From: Rhynchopus sp. YZ270_cl-10
Taxonomy: Eukaryota
Direction: 5' to 3'
DNA: 64,000 nucleotides
Assembly: GCA_964035575.1 (NCBI GenBank)
Contig: OZ037833.1
Coordinates: 806,001-870,000, forward strand
Part shown: one piece after another, positions 43,170 to 54,637 of the stretch
Position numbering within the stretch: the first letter of the stretch is position 1
Layout: each line of letters opens with the position of its first letter
Made by a program: the position numbers and the translations under genes
The notes under the pieces: model-generated
Told to the model about the DNA's origin: nothing
What the model saw: only the letters and a program-made list of their open reading frames with translations
Database searches by the model: none

Positions 43170-45414
43170 CCCGTTGGGGACTAACTTCCACTTGAGTGGA
43201 AGTTTTATCTTTTTTTCTTAGGAAGACCAGTAATCTGTGATTTGCTCAGTATTTTCGACCAACTCTTGGCATGGTGGAAAGATTTTTTGGCCCATCTTGC
43301 CAAAGAAGCAAGAATCGAAGGTTTTAGAAATGATGGATCCATGTCAGACGGTGGCGCCCCCAAGCCGATTTTCAGGAAATCGGGAAAAAGTGGGTTTTTT
43401 TTACGGTTTTTGCTTTTTCACCTCGCAAGTGAGTTAGATATCTTCCAAGTGGTATTTTTCAAAAAATTTGGGCGTCGTTAAAAGATTTTTTGCAAATCTA
43501 TCAAATATGGGGAGATCCGGGTGCCCGCAACAACAATATTCACAAAAAATCACAAAAAATCACAACAAATCACAACAAATCACACAAAATCACACAAAAT
43601 AAATACAAAAAATCACAAAAAAAAAATTCTATTCACAACAAATCACAAAAAATCACAAAAATCACAAAAAATCACAAGCAATCACAAAAAAAAAATCCTA
43701 TTCACAAAAAATCACAAAAAATCACAAACAAAAAATCTTATTCACAAAAAATCACACAAAATCACAAAAAAATAAATCCTATTCACAAAAAATCACAAGC
43801 AATCACAAAAAAAAAATCCTATTCACAAAAAATCACAAACAATCACAAAAAAATCACAAAAAGTGGATGTGATTTTTTGTGATTTTTTGTGATTGTTTGT
43901 GATTTTTTGTGAATAGGATTTATTTTTTGTGATTTTGTGTGATTTTTTGTGAATAAGATTTTTTGTTTGTGATTTTTTGTGATTGTTTGTGAATAGGATT
44001 TTTTTTTTGTGATTTTTTGTGATTTTTGTGATTTTTTGTGATCGTTTGTGTTTTTTTTGCGAATATTTAATATTGTTGTTGCGGGCACCCGGATCTCCCC
44101 AAAATAACGCCATTTTCGGGAGAAAAAAATGAGGTGGGTTATGCAGAAAACGAGATAAGGTTGTTTTGGGGTGGTCTGCCAAAGTAGGAAAGTCACCACC
44201 GGCCAATAATTTTAGGAAAAAATATTTCTGGAACTGATCTCGCATTGCGTTGCATTCCGGCAGTTTCGCGCATTTAACGACACCCAAAGTTTTCGAAAAT
44301 GGACACTGTGAAGTCAATTTACTCACTTGACCCCCTACCATACCCTACTTTTTTCCACTATTCCCCAGTAAAAGTGACATTTTTAGACATGTTGCCTGAG
44401 GCCTCAAAATATGGAAAATCCGCCAAAACCGGCCACAAAAATGCCCGGAAATGCGTTTCCGCGCCGAAATTTTGGCAAATATGAAAAAATTGACCCAAAA
44501 AATGCACTTTTAATTTTTTTTTTTTTTTTTTTTTTTTTTTCTTGAAAAACCGCTATTTTGCCCAACATGGCCAAAACCTGAAAAAAGCCGCTTTTTCACT
44601 ATTTTTTTCCATTTTTTTTTTTTTTTTTTTTTTTTTCTGTATTCTGTAACCTCTCTCTATTTTACGGCAGGTGTGACCGGTTGAGGTGATACTTCCGGAC
44701 TGAGGAAGGGCATTCTTTTACTTTTTTTTTCTGTGTTTGTTTTCTTGTTGTAGTCTTTTTTGGTGAAGGGGCTTGGCCGACGACACTGAGAACCTCTTTG
44801 GTTCATAGCTGTTAACGACGTCTGGTCCTACCTAGCTGTACACTCTAATTCTAAAAATAAAATAAAATAAAACCAATAGGCAAAGGGGGAGGGGGGAGGC
44901 TAAAAGCCAAACAAAAGTAAAAAATGAAAAAGAAAAACTCAAGTGCTCTGGGACGGCCGCGAGTTCCTGCTCCGCTTTAGGCCTAGGACTTTTAATGACC
45001 CAAACACTACAAAACGACCCAAAGAAACCCCACCGTTTCCCTCACACGGTTAACACCACCTAAGCTAGTCTAAACTCCTCGATTTTTTTTTTATTGGGTT
45101 CCTTTTTATGCAAATCTATCAATTGCGTCGGTTTACGGGCCCGGAAAAAAATCTCTGATCAACTTCCACAGCCTCGTCATCCTCACTCTGAGAACTACCT
45201 TTTCAGAATGGGACTCTAGGCTCTCCAGTATCTAATAAATTTGAAATTTTTCAAAAGTTGTAAATTCTTGCTTCTTTGGATTCAGATGATAAAAAATCTT
45301 TCAATTCCGCCCCTCGACTTTGGTTTTTATGCATGTGGGGCCACATTACCTACCTTCCTCTGTGGGGACCCCGATTTTTGACCCTAAAGTCGGCCCACCT
45401 CCGTCCCCAAAGGG
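43170..45414. mobile_element. piggyBac-type non-autonomous element (TTAA sites, CCC...GGG termini)
   Basis: TTAA|CCCGTTGGGGAC ... GTCCCCAAAGGG|TTAA (TIRs match at 11 of 12 bp). Confidence 0.7.
43508..44101. mobile_element. 594-bp foldback element, TG...CA termini, 5-bp TSD AAATA, arms made of AAAATCAC repeats
   Basis: AAATA|TGGGGAGATCCGGGTGCCCGCAACAACAATATT ... AATATTGTTGTTGCGGGCACCCGGATCTCCCCA|AAATA. Confidence 0.9.
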
Positions 45415-46394
45415 TTAACCCTTTACGGACCACGACCGGTTTTTTCGATTTGCTAGGATCTTCTCTCCCATAGGTAAAATGAGATCCGATGCATATTTTT
45501 GATCGTACCTGGCCGCAATTGAAAGATTTTGAGCAGATCTTTCAAATGGAGCAGAAATCGAAATAAAATGAGAAAAATGGAAAATGGAAAATGGAAAATT
45601 GAGGGGAGCTGATATTTTTTTCTGAAAATTTTGAAGAAAAAAATTATTCCGGCTGCGCACCTGTTTTTTTCGGTTTTCGAAAATGGCTTTATTTGAAAGA
45701 TCGATTCAAAATCTTTCAAAAGAAAAAAAAAATCGATCAAAAAGTCCTAGTAGATAATGTCTCACTGCATGGAGAGAAGGTACCAACCAACTACATATCA
45801 GTGGCTGTCACGAAATGTGGTAATTTCAACATTTTTGAGTAAAATGACTAAATTTTTGACTTTTTCACCGATTTTTTTTTTATTTGCATTGCGCGGAATG
45901 CGCTGATTGCAACGAAACGATTCTCGATTTTTTTTTTTTCAGAAATTTATTTGCTCAGTTCAAAAATCATCGTTTTTTCGGATATTCTCACAGCCATCCC
46001 AGGAAATACTGGTATTTTTCCGGAAGTCGAAAATGTGCTTAACTGCGTTTCCGAGCTCCGCGCAAAAAAATGAAAAAAAAAATCGAGCAAAAAGTCCAAA
46101 ATTTTAATTAGTTAAAGGCGGGCCACACAGTATTTCACTGTTTCCCTGTATGTTTACACACCCCTTAAGGACCGGCCAATTGTTTTGGCTTTGCGGTCAC
46201 ACTCTACCCGGGAGTAATTGGTATTTCAACTCGAAAATGGTGCCTTTTGAAAGATCTTTTCACATTCTTTGAAAATAAATAAAGAAAGGGAAAAGTCACT
46301 TAGTGCCCAAGTTTGTTGTACCCATTTAGGATAATACCCAGTGGGTATTATCCTAAATTATTTGGGTATTATCCTAAATTATTTTGGGTATTAT

Positions 46395-46511
46395 GGGTAC
46401 TGGGTACTGGGTACTGGGTACTGGGTACTGGGTACTGGGTACTGGGTACTGGGTACTGGGTACTGGGTACTGGGTACTGGGTACTGGGTACTGGGTACTG
46501 GGTACTGGGTA
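46395..46511. repeat. (GGGTACT)n microsatellite
   Basis: Directly visible. Confidence 0.97.
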
Positions 46512-48015
46512 CCAAGAGAAGGCACCTTGACAGCAGCGAAGGCGCAAGACAAGGTATGTAAATATGTTAACTTTATGGTGAATATTCAACAAAGTAAGGC
46601 CGTCGACTCGTATTTCCTCCAAAAAGTCTCCAGAACAATATTTTACACCCTCAGGCCAACTTATTTTTTAAAGAAATCACCTTCTTTAAATTCCCCACCA
46701 CTCACAACTTCACTTTAAACAGGTATCGCGAGTGCAACATCGAGAACCAACTGTGCAGAACGAGCGAACATATGGGGTGGAAAGGGGGGTGGGAACACTC
46801 TGTCAGTCACTGCTATTGCCATTAACCCAGGGAGCATAGCTAGTGCAAGAAATTCGACTTTGGAAACCTTCCGGAAAGTCTGTCCTCTGCTTGCGGAGGA
46901 CGAGGCACAAGAAAATATTGCATTCCCCCAGAAAACCAGTGCACATTTCACACTCCTTGTGGGTAGTCTTGTTGCCTTTTTTGTCGAGTAATTTTGGCCC
47001 AGGCATGCTCTTGAAGCATGACAATTTAGTGTGTATGGGGCAGGGTGTTGTTTTGTTCTGAATTCTCTTTGTTATAACATCTAAGTCAATCGCGGGTGGT
47101 GGTTTGTGTAGCGTGAGGCACTCTTTTTAGCAAACTTCCTGCGGCTGCTAAAGTGTTATTTCTTCGGATTTAACAACGTACAGCGTAACATAGTGGTTTA
47201 GCCTGGTCGACACAACCTTTGATAGATACGGGATAACCAACCCCCTTCGACCCCTTGTGGGTTCACTGAACAAGCCCTCGTGGTAGTTAAACGCGATTGA
47301 CATTTACATTTCCTAGAGATGAAAGAACAAGATAACACTTCTGTACCCGCGCATCAAAATTGTGGAAAACTTTGCACCCCAAACACCCTCAACAACGCCC
47401 GCCAAAAGGCGCCCCTTGTTGCTGGGAGTTGTTCTCATGTTTGATACCTGCACAGCGGGCATTCCTCTGAGTCCAACGCATGTTTGGCCTGTCTGCGGCG
47501 TTGTACTTCAGGTGCACGAAGACAGGGTCTGGTGGTAAATTTTGCGTAGTGTCGCATTCCCTCATGTGTGGGTCACTCACACTTGGCGGTCATGTGCCAC
47601 TGCGTGGGTCTGGGAATTTGGGTACCTGGGTACAGGAAATTTGTTGTGGAAGACATCAACCACCATGCATTGAGGAGGGTAAGACAGTGGTCGCAGTTTC
47701 TACTTGATAGCATTACAACATTTAACTTCTCCACGGGGGTCTTGGGCCGTTCATTCGGTTCTACCTTGACTACCGGAAGATATTCTTGAGGCCTTTTTGG
47801 TCTCTAGAATATCCGGTCTTCCCGAACGGAGGCACACTTTGTGTGTTACTACGACCTGGCAATTTCCAGCAGTAGGTTAAGTAATCTTTCTTGTAAATTG
47901 TTGGAACATTATCTCCTCAGTGCATGAATGCCCCACGTGACTGGACACTTTTGTGTTTGTCATGTGGAGCTGTGGTTGCTCTTTCACGACTTTTTTCCTT
48001 GTACACCAGTGTGCC

Positions 48016-48117
48016 GGTACCTGGGTACCTGGGTACCTGGGTACCTGGGTACCTGGGTACCTGGGTACCTGGGTACCTGGGTACCTGGGTACCTGGGTAC
48101 CTGGGTACCTGGGTACC
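48016..48117. repeat. (GGGTACCT)n microsatellite
   Basis: Directly visible. Confidence 0.97.
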
Positions 48118-49240
48118 CAGTACCCAAAAATAATTTAGGATAATACCCAAATAATTTAGGATAATACCCACTGGGTATTATCCTAAATGGGTACTAGAAA
48201 CTTGGGTACTAGCCTACTTACCCCATAAAGAAATGATGAAAAAATCCTAGTTGAACCTCTGTGAACGATCTGTACCAGGTTATCGGTGCGGTTAAAAAAG
48301 CACGATTTCTTAAGGAATGAACAAGCCTGTGTAACCGTTACCCGTTTGCCATATTAGGAGGCACAAAAACTCCTTTGGCAGTGAGGGAGTTTAGGCATAT
48401 CCAGGTCTTTGGTTCAGTGTTGCTATGTGACACGAACAGAGTCTTTGCCACTTAGGTGGGGATATTGACAATTTTGCGCACAAGAAACGGGCAGACATCA
48501 TGGCACACGGGTCCTTTGGGTCATTTTAGGCGAAATTTAAGTGAAATTCCCTACCAAAATGTGACTGAAAAGTGGGTTTGGGGGTGCTTGGGGAGGTTTG
48601 GGGGTGGAGTCCTGGGGTGTCAAAACAAAAAAAGGGGGTACGGAATTGCACGTTTTCGGTCCGCTGAATCCAACGAAATATTTTTCGGCGTTTTTTGGAG
48701 GAAAAGCTATTGTCCTGGACACGTCTTCTCCAGGTCACTTTTTCGGTCTTCATCCCCTTATCCCAGGAAATATTGGCATTTTTCCGGAAGTCGAAAATGC
48801 GCTTAACTGCATTTCCGAGGTCCGCGCAATAAAATGAAAAAAAAATCGAGCAAAAATGTACCGTTTTGGGCCGCTGTAATTGTGCTGTAATTGTGGTGTA
48901 ATTGTGGCGTGATTGTGCTCAGTTTTGGTCAGTTCTGCTCAGTTCTGCGTAAGTGTGTGTACGTGTGCGTAAGTGTACGTAAGTGTGCGTAAGTGTTGGT
49001 ACTTGTGGGTACGTGTGTGTAAGTGTGCAAAAACGGATTTTTTTGTTTTCTGCATGTTTCTCCTGCTCTCATATCTTAAATTTAGTGCCCAATAATGCTG
49101 AAGGTCGGCCAACAAGACTTTGATAACATTTCTCTTAATATTGCACTTTTTTTGGCGTGGCTGCATAACCGATTCCCCGCGTTTCTACCAGTTGTCATGC
49201 CGGTTAGGGGGGCATTCACGTGTTGAAAAATAGCTATTTA

Positions 49241-49382
49241 TTGGAGTGAAAATAAGTCGTTTTTTTCACCGAGTTGGTGTTTTCAACCCGAGTTACTTTA
49301 ATTCACGAGCGAAGCGAGGGAATTAAAGTCACGAGGGTTGAAAACACCAACGAGGTGAAAAAACGCTTATTTTCTACTCCAA
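49241..49382. mobile_element. Short imperfect palindromic element centred on CGAGCGAAGCGAG
   Basis: Arms TTGGAGTGAAAATAAG...GTTGGTGTTTTCAACCC...TTTAATTC and GAATTAAA...GGGTTGAAAACACCAAC...CTTATTTTCTACTCCAA. Confidence 0.65.
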
Positions 49383-50795
49383 GACATAATTTTATCCATA
49401 AGTGTGAAGCTTTATTTTCCGAGCCCGCCCAAGTGTCGTGTGAGAGACCTGTAGTGTGGATCTCCAGTGTCTTGCACCGCTTCTTCTGAGCCCAACGCTG
49501 TTTGGCCTGTCGACGTACTAAACACGAAGACAGGGGGGCGGTGCCAACAATTTTCCAATGATGTAACGTTTATCTGATTGATTTATCGTTTGATATACCT
49601 TGTGTGTCCTACTTCACCTGCACACCCAAGGTTATTGAACAATACTTTCAAGCGATACTTCGTTATGTCATTGGGGGTACTGGTACTGGGTACCTGGGGA
49701 AAACACGTACGTTTTTGTTCGCGATAACACGCACACTTTTTGTACGTGCTATCGCAATTTACCCTAAAATATATTACCTCCGCTGACATAGCTCGAGGGC
49801 TACTCCAACAAGTTTGTAGCTACCACCATGCACACCCCGTCCCCCCACCCCAGTCCAGATACCCAGAGATTTATATACCATAGTAGAACTGAGGCTGAAC
49901 CTCAGTTTTGAAAAAAAAAAAAAACTTTTGCAGATTTGGAAAAAATGTTTTTTGCATTTTTTGGGGAACTGGGTTGCTGACCGCACCATGAAATCCCGTA
50001 CCATACAGGCTGTACCCAATTTTTTTTTGCCTGCGGCGCCATTTTTCCTTTTTTGCTCCGCAAAAAAGGGCTCGTTGAGTGACTCTGTGGTGTAAAAGGC
50101 TAGATTTTTACACCGTACCCCAATTTTTTTTCGCCTGCGGCGCCATATTATATTATTTTTTTTTGCTTCGCAAAAAAAAAATTGAGTCATGAGTCCTGAT
50201 ATGGGTGAAAAATTGCATCCGGGTGCCCTTTTGTGCACTCCTCCTGAAGGGGTGAAAGGTGCTGTGAATGCTACCTTGCGTGCTGGAGTCAGGCATAGTG
50301 CATGTGGGACCTGCTGGAGCCCTAGACAGTGAAGCCCCCTGGGCTAGTACAATGATGATACTTCAATCTGAAGTCCATTTCTTCGAAAAAGCCCCTCCGT
50401 GCCTGCAGCCCCCTCAGGAATAACAACCTCACTTTTTTTGCACTTTTGGTAAGGAAAAAAATCGTATATAAATCCCTGCAGATACCCTGGGGAAAAAAAA
50501 AAAAAAACTCAAAAAAAATAGGGTGAGTTTGGGGGTGTTTGGGGGCTTAAGACGGGTGAAAAAAAACGGTGAAAATAAAAATTTTATTTTCACAAAGTGA
50601 AAATAAAATTTTTGTTTTCACACCCCTCCACGTACTTTTGGGTGGGCGAGGAAAATAAAGCTTCACGCGCGTGGATAAAAATTGTTTTCGTTGGTGAATC
50701 TTTTAAACGCCGGCATTTGCATTTCCGGAATCCGTCCGGCCAGTGATGGGGTCAATTTGCCGAAATGGACACGTTCTCGTTGTTGGTCAATTCCG

Positions 50796-51156
50796 CAGTA
50801 TACACAGTATACACAGTATACACAGTATACACAGTATACACAGTATACACAGTATACACAGTATACACAGTATACACAGTATACACAGTATACACAGTAT
50901 ACACAGTATACACAGTATACACAGTATACACAGTATACACAGTATACACAGTATACACAGTATACACAGTATACACAGTATACACAGTATACACAGTATA
51001 CACAGTATACACAGTATACACAGTATACACAGTATACACAGTATACACAGTATACACAGTATACACAGTATACACAGTATACACAGTATACACAGTATAC
51101 ACAGTATACACAGTATACACAGTATACAGTATACACAGTATACACAGTATACACAG
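50796..51156. repeat. (CAGTATACA)n, about 40 copies
   Basis: Directly visible. Confidence 0.98.
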
Positions 51157-51166
51157 GGGATTGGGA

Positions 51167-51757
51167 GTACAGTGCAGTACAGTACAGTGCAGTGCAGTAC
51201 AGTGCAGTACAGTACAGTACAGTACAGTACAGTACAGTACAGTACAGTACAGTACAGTACAGTACAGTACAGTACAGTACAGTACAGTACAGTACAGTAC
51301 AGTACAGTACAGTACAGTACAGTACAGTACAGTACAGTACAGTACAGTACAGTACAGTACAGTACAGTACAGTACAGTACAGTACAGTACAGTACAGTAC
51401 AGTACAGTACAGTACAGTACAGTACAGTACAGTACAGTACAGTACAGTACAGTACAGTACAGTACAGTACAGTACAGTACAGTACAGTACAGTACAGTAC
51501 AGTACAGTACAGTACAGTACAGTACAGTACAGTACAGTACAGTACAGTACAGTACAGTACAGTACAGTACAGTACAGTACAGTACAGTACAGTACAGTAC
51601 AGTACAGTACAGTACAGTACAGTACAGTACAGTACAGTACAGTACAGTACAGTACAGTACAGTACAGTACAGTACAGTACAGTACAGTACAGTACAGTAC
51701 AGTACAGTACAGTACAGTACAGTACAGTACAGTACAGTACAGTACAGTACAGTACAG
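51167..51757. repeat. (CAGTA)n, more than 100 copies, with CAGTG variants at the left end
   Basis: Directly visible. Confidence 0.98.
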
Positions 51758-52346
51758 AGGTCACTTACATGTGGTGGCATGCTTCCCTGTAGGGTGGTGT
51801 ACCATTTTTTCCCCAGCGTAATTTCGGTGTAATTGTGTGTAATTGTGGTGTAATTGTGGTTAGTTGTGTGTACTTGTGCTGAAACTGTACTGGAATTGTG
51901 CCTAATATAGGCACAGCTCAGGTGAGTATGGTGCTAGCTGTGCCCAGTAGTGTCATTGGCAAAACGGTACAAAAAAGTCCAAAATTTTAATTAGTTAAAG
52001 GCGGGCCACATGAATTACCACATTTCGTGACAGCCACTGATATATGTCCCCTCTGGTCCTTAAAGGGTTAAAAAAAAATGCAGACTGTGGTGTGGCGCCT
52101 TAACCGATTCCCCGTGTTTCTACCGTGTTTCTACCAGAGTACGGTGCGATGCACGGTTTCATATGCACCTGTGACCCCATCGTGAGCAGCAATCGGTTCG
52201 ATTAGTCCAAAGAAGACAGAAAAAGGAGGAGAAAAAAAAGGATGTAGCGTACCGTGCGCCTGCGGCGCTGAATTGTTTCTCACCAGTGCACACAATCAAA
52301 TGGAGTCCCAAGGTTTTGCGCGACTCTTCAAATTGCCTGCACTTAC

Positions 52347-52402
52347 CCAACAAACACCATCACCGTCTCAGCTTCCTTCACAAGCCGTTCAGCCTCCACC
52401 AC
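52347..52402 (-). CDS. Candidate internal exon of the CX9C gene (VVEAERLVKEAETVM[VFVG])
   Basis: Unique coding-like island between repeats, with acceptor TTTTCTTTGGCTGTGAAG| and donor |GTAAGT (phase 2) or ATG|GTGTTT at 52358 (phase 0). In frame with the upstream exon. Confidence 0.55.
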
Positions 52403-52689
52403 CTTCACAGCCAAAGAAAATAGGGCAAAAGTAGCGTACCGTGCGCTTGCGGCGCTCTTGCTGTCTTCATTAAAACAAAAGCACGTTGGCAAAACTGCGA
52501 ATCGTGGCAATTTTTTTTTTCGCCTGCGGCGCCCACCTCCCTTCTCCTTCCTGTGGTTGCAGGGAGTCGCGCGCGCGACGGCTCGGAGAAAGCGGGGGGA
52601 CCAAATTTTGAGACCAAAAACCAAGCGGAAGCCCTGGCAAGCTCAGGGCCTTCAACGTGTCGAAGTTAAGCCTTAACTTCGACAACTTT

Positions 52690-53930
52690 TTTATTTTGGT
52701 TTTTTTTTTTGTCGAAGTTCGACAAATCTAAAAAAAATATGGGATTTTGGCAAAATCCTTTTATCTCTGACCGAGGTGCAATAGTCCACGGGAGAAACTC
52801 GGTTCAGAGTTTTAACTTTAACATTCTCCTGTGATCCACTGTGACCATTTGGACAGAGCTCGTAGAACTCAACGAGGAGTGAGCCAGGCAAAAGTAGCGT
52901 ACCGTGCGCCTGCGGCGCAAGCAGGCATCCCACCCTTCCCATGACATAGTTTGGCTGTAATAAAGCGCCATGGTATGCGCAATATTTGAAATGTTACCGT
53001 GGCTTCGCCAGGGACCTTTGTTGTTATAAATGTACTGAGCTTACTGATAAGACAGGTGTGATACCCACTACGGCTTGTGGATCACCAGTGGCTACAAAGC
53101 TGCCAATGCTGCTTGTGTTGAAATACACGTGTGTGGGACAGGCGGAGTTTTTTGGCTGACCGAGTTTTCAAAAATGACCAAAACCTGTATAAACCCCCTG
53201 AGAGCTTCTCCCTGTGATTTGCTGCACCCGCGCGCGCGAAGCGCGCGCGGGCTCGGGAAGGTCATTTTTTTTTTTTTTTTTTTTTTTTACTTCGACAAAA
53301 CTGTGGACAGACTTTGTCGATGGTTGAAGGCCCTGCGAAGTTCGACAAATCTAAAAAAAATATGGGATTTTGGCAAAATCCTTTTATCTCTGACCGAGTT
53401 GCAGGGTAGTCCATGGGAGAAACTCGGTTCAGGGTTTTAACTTTAACGTTCTCCTGTGATCCACTGTGACCATTTGGACAGAGCTCGTAGAACCCAACGA
53501 GGAGTGAGCCAGGCAAAAGTAGCGTACCGTGCGCCTGCGGCGCAAGCAGGCATACCACCCTTCCCATGACATAGTTTGGCTGTAAACAAAGCGCCATGGT
53601 ATGCGCAATATTTGAAATGTTGCGTACCGTGGCTTCGCCAGAGGGACCTTTGTTGTTATAAATGTACTGAGCTTACTGATAAGACTGGTGTGATACCCAC
53701 TACGGCTGTGGGTCACCAGTGGCTACAAAGCACGTGTGTGGGACAGGCGGAGTTTTTTGGTTGACCGAGTTTTCAAAAACGACCAAAGCCTGTATAAACC
53801 CCCCTGAGAGCTTCTCCCTGTGATTTGCTGCACCCGCGCGCGCGGGCTCGAGGAGGTCAACTTTTTTTTTTTTTTTTTTAACTTCGACAAAACTGTGGAC
53901 AGACTTTGTCGATGGTTGAAGGCCCTGGGC
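52690..53930. repeat. Roughly 620-bp tandem duplication of repeat-derived sequence within a predicted intron
   Basis: ~52715-53100 matches ~53337-53730, and ~53125-53335 matches ~53730-53925. Confidence 0.85.
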
Positions 53931-53986
53931 AAGCTTGAAAAAAAAATGTATGTTTGTGGCAAAGCTTGTATCCCGCTGTGTCATAC

Positions 53987-54109
53987 CAGATGCGATGCAT
54001 CACGGCGGAACTGGTCCGGCAGCTCATCCTCGCCCATGACACGTCCTCCCTCCACTACAAACGTCGACGTGGAACTGCTTTCCTGCATCTGTTGCTTCCA
54101 TGTGTCCAT
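53987..54109 (-). CDS. Candidate first exon of the CX9C gene (MDTWKQQMQESSSTSTFVVEGGRVMGEDELPDQFRRDASHL)
   Basis: ATG at 54109, 41 codons, phase-0 donor CTG|GTATGA; unique coding-like composition. Confidence 0.55.
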
Positions 54110-54637
54110 CTTACACCACCCTCTTCACCCTCTTTTCTATGTTCTCCTTAACGCACCCAAAAGGCCTTCACCAGCACAACGACAGAGAGAGTAGAGTGAG
54201 ACCACGTTGAGAAGAACCACCAAATTCAATCGCACGGCCTAAGACCAACAAGCCTCTGCCTTTTGCAAAAAAAAAAAAAAAGTAGGGGGTGTTCCTTTCC
54301 CAACCTTTTAATACAAAGAGTGGTGTGGTGTAAGGGGGGTTAGGCTATTGGTGTGACTTCAACAAGATTCGTTGTCACTGTGCAGCCCTAGAGGCATGCA
54401 GGAGCATCACAGAGCTTGCTATTGGCTCGCTCAGACAGTGGCAAACCCAAAACAAAACACAGTCGTGATGGGGTGAAACTGAGAACTGGGTGTGCCTTTT
54501 ATGGCTATATCGACAATCACCCCATCAAGAGGGGGTGGGGTGTCCTGGACACGAGCAAATTCAGGTGTAATGGGGTGAACGGGTATGACAATGGGCGTTG
54601 TGGTGAGGTACTTTTTTTTTGTTTTTTTTGGTTCTCT

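Larger units (their letters stand above)
46301..48211. mobile_element. Inverted-repeat pair (~90 bp, GGGTATTATCCTAAAT sub-repeats), each arm running into a GGGTAC microsatellite
   Basis: TAGTGCCCAAGTTT... and ...AAACTTGGGTACTA; no convincing TSD. Confidence 0.6.
45799..52039. mobile_element. Nested TIR element with 27-bp perfect TIR CAGTGGCTGTCACGAAATGTGGTAATT
   Basis: Inverted copies at 45799-45825 and 52013-52039, with ATAT on both flanks; TSD length is ambiguous. Confidence 0.7.
45419..52067. mobile_element. piggyBac-type element (TTAA sites) containing further nested insertions
   Basis: TTAA|CCCTTTACGGACCA ... TGGTCCTTAAAGGG|TTAA (TIRs match at 13 of 14 bp); shares the TTAA at 45415-45418 with the preceding element. 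Confidence 0.7.

Noticed and set aside
46715..46951. hAT dimerisation-domain similarity (FW...LA...TDRVF)
   Set aside because: Spacing is poor, and it overlaps an equally weak alternative reading in another frame.
46395..48117. Telomere-like arrays (GGGTACT, GGGTACCT)
   Set aside because: Short, internal, embedded in TIR arms, and not TTAGGG.
44715..51790. Extra candidate exons at ~51771-51788, ~49776-49817, ~49600-49680, ~48340-48450, ~48221-48268 and ~44720-44830
   Set aside because: They have splice-like borders but lie inside TIR-bounded elements and gave no recognisable protein; not supportable without RNA data.
50663..51832. 300-380 aa ORFs (YTQ, VQYST, LYCTV repeats)
   Set aside because: Translations of stop-free microsatellites; the same applies at 32408-32851, 46313-46718 and 47917-48171.
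52347..52402. Sirtuin N-terminus (VMVFVG resembling the start of a GAG motif)
   Set aside because: No downstream GAGxSxxSG exon was found; joining to the CX9C exon is simpler.
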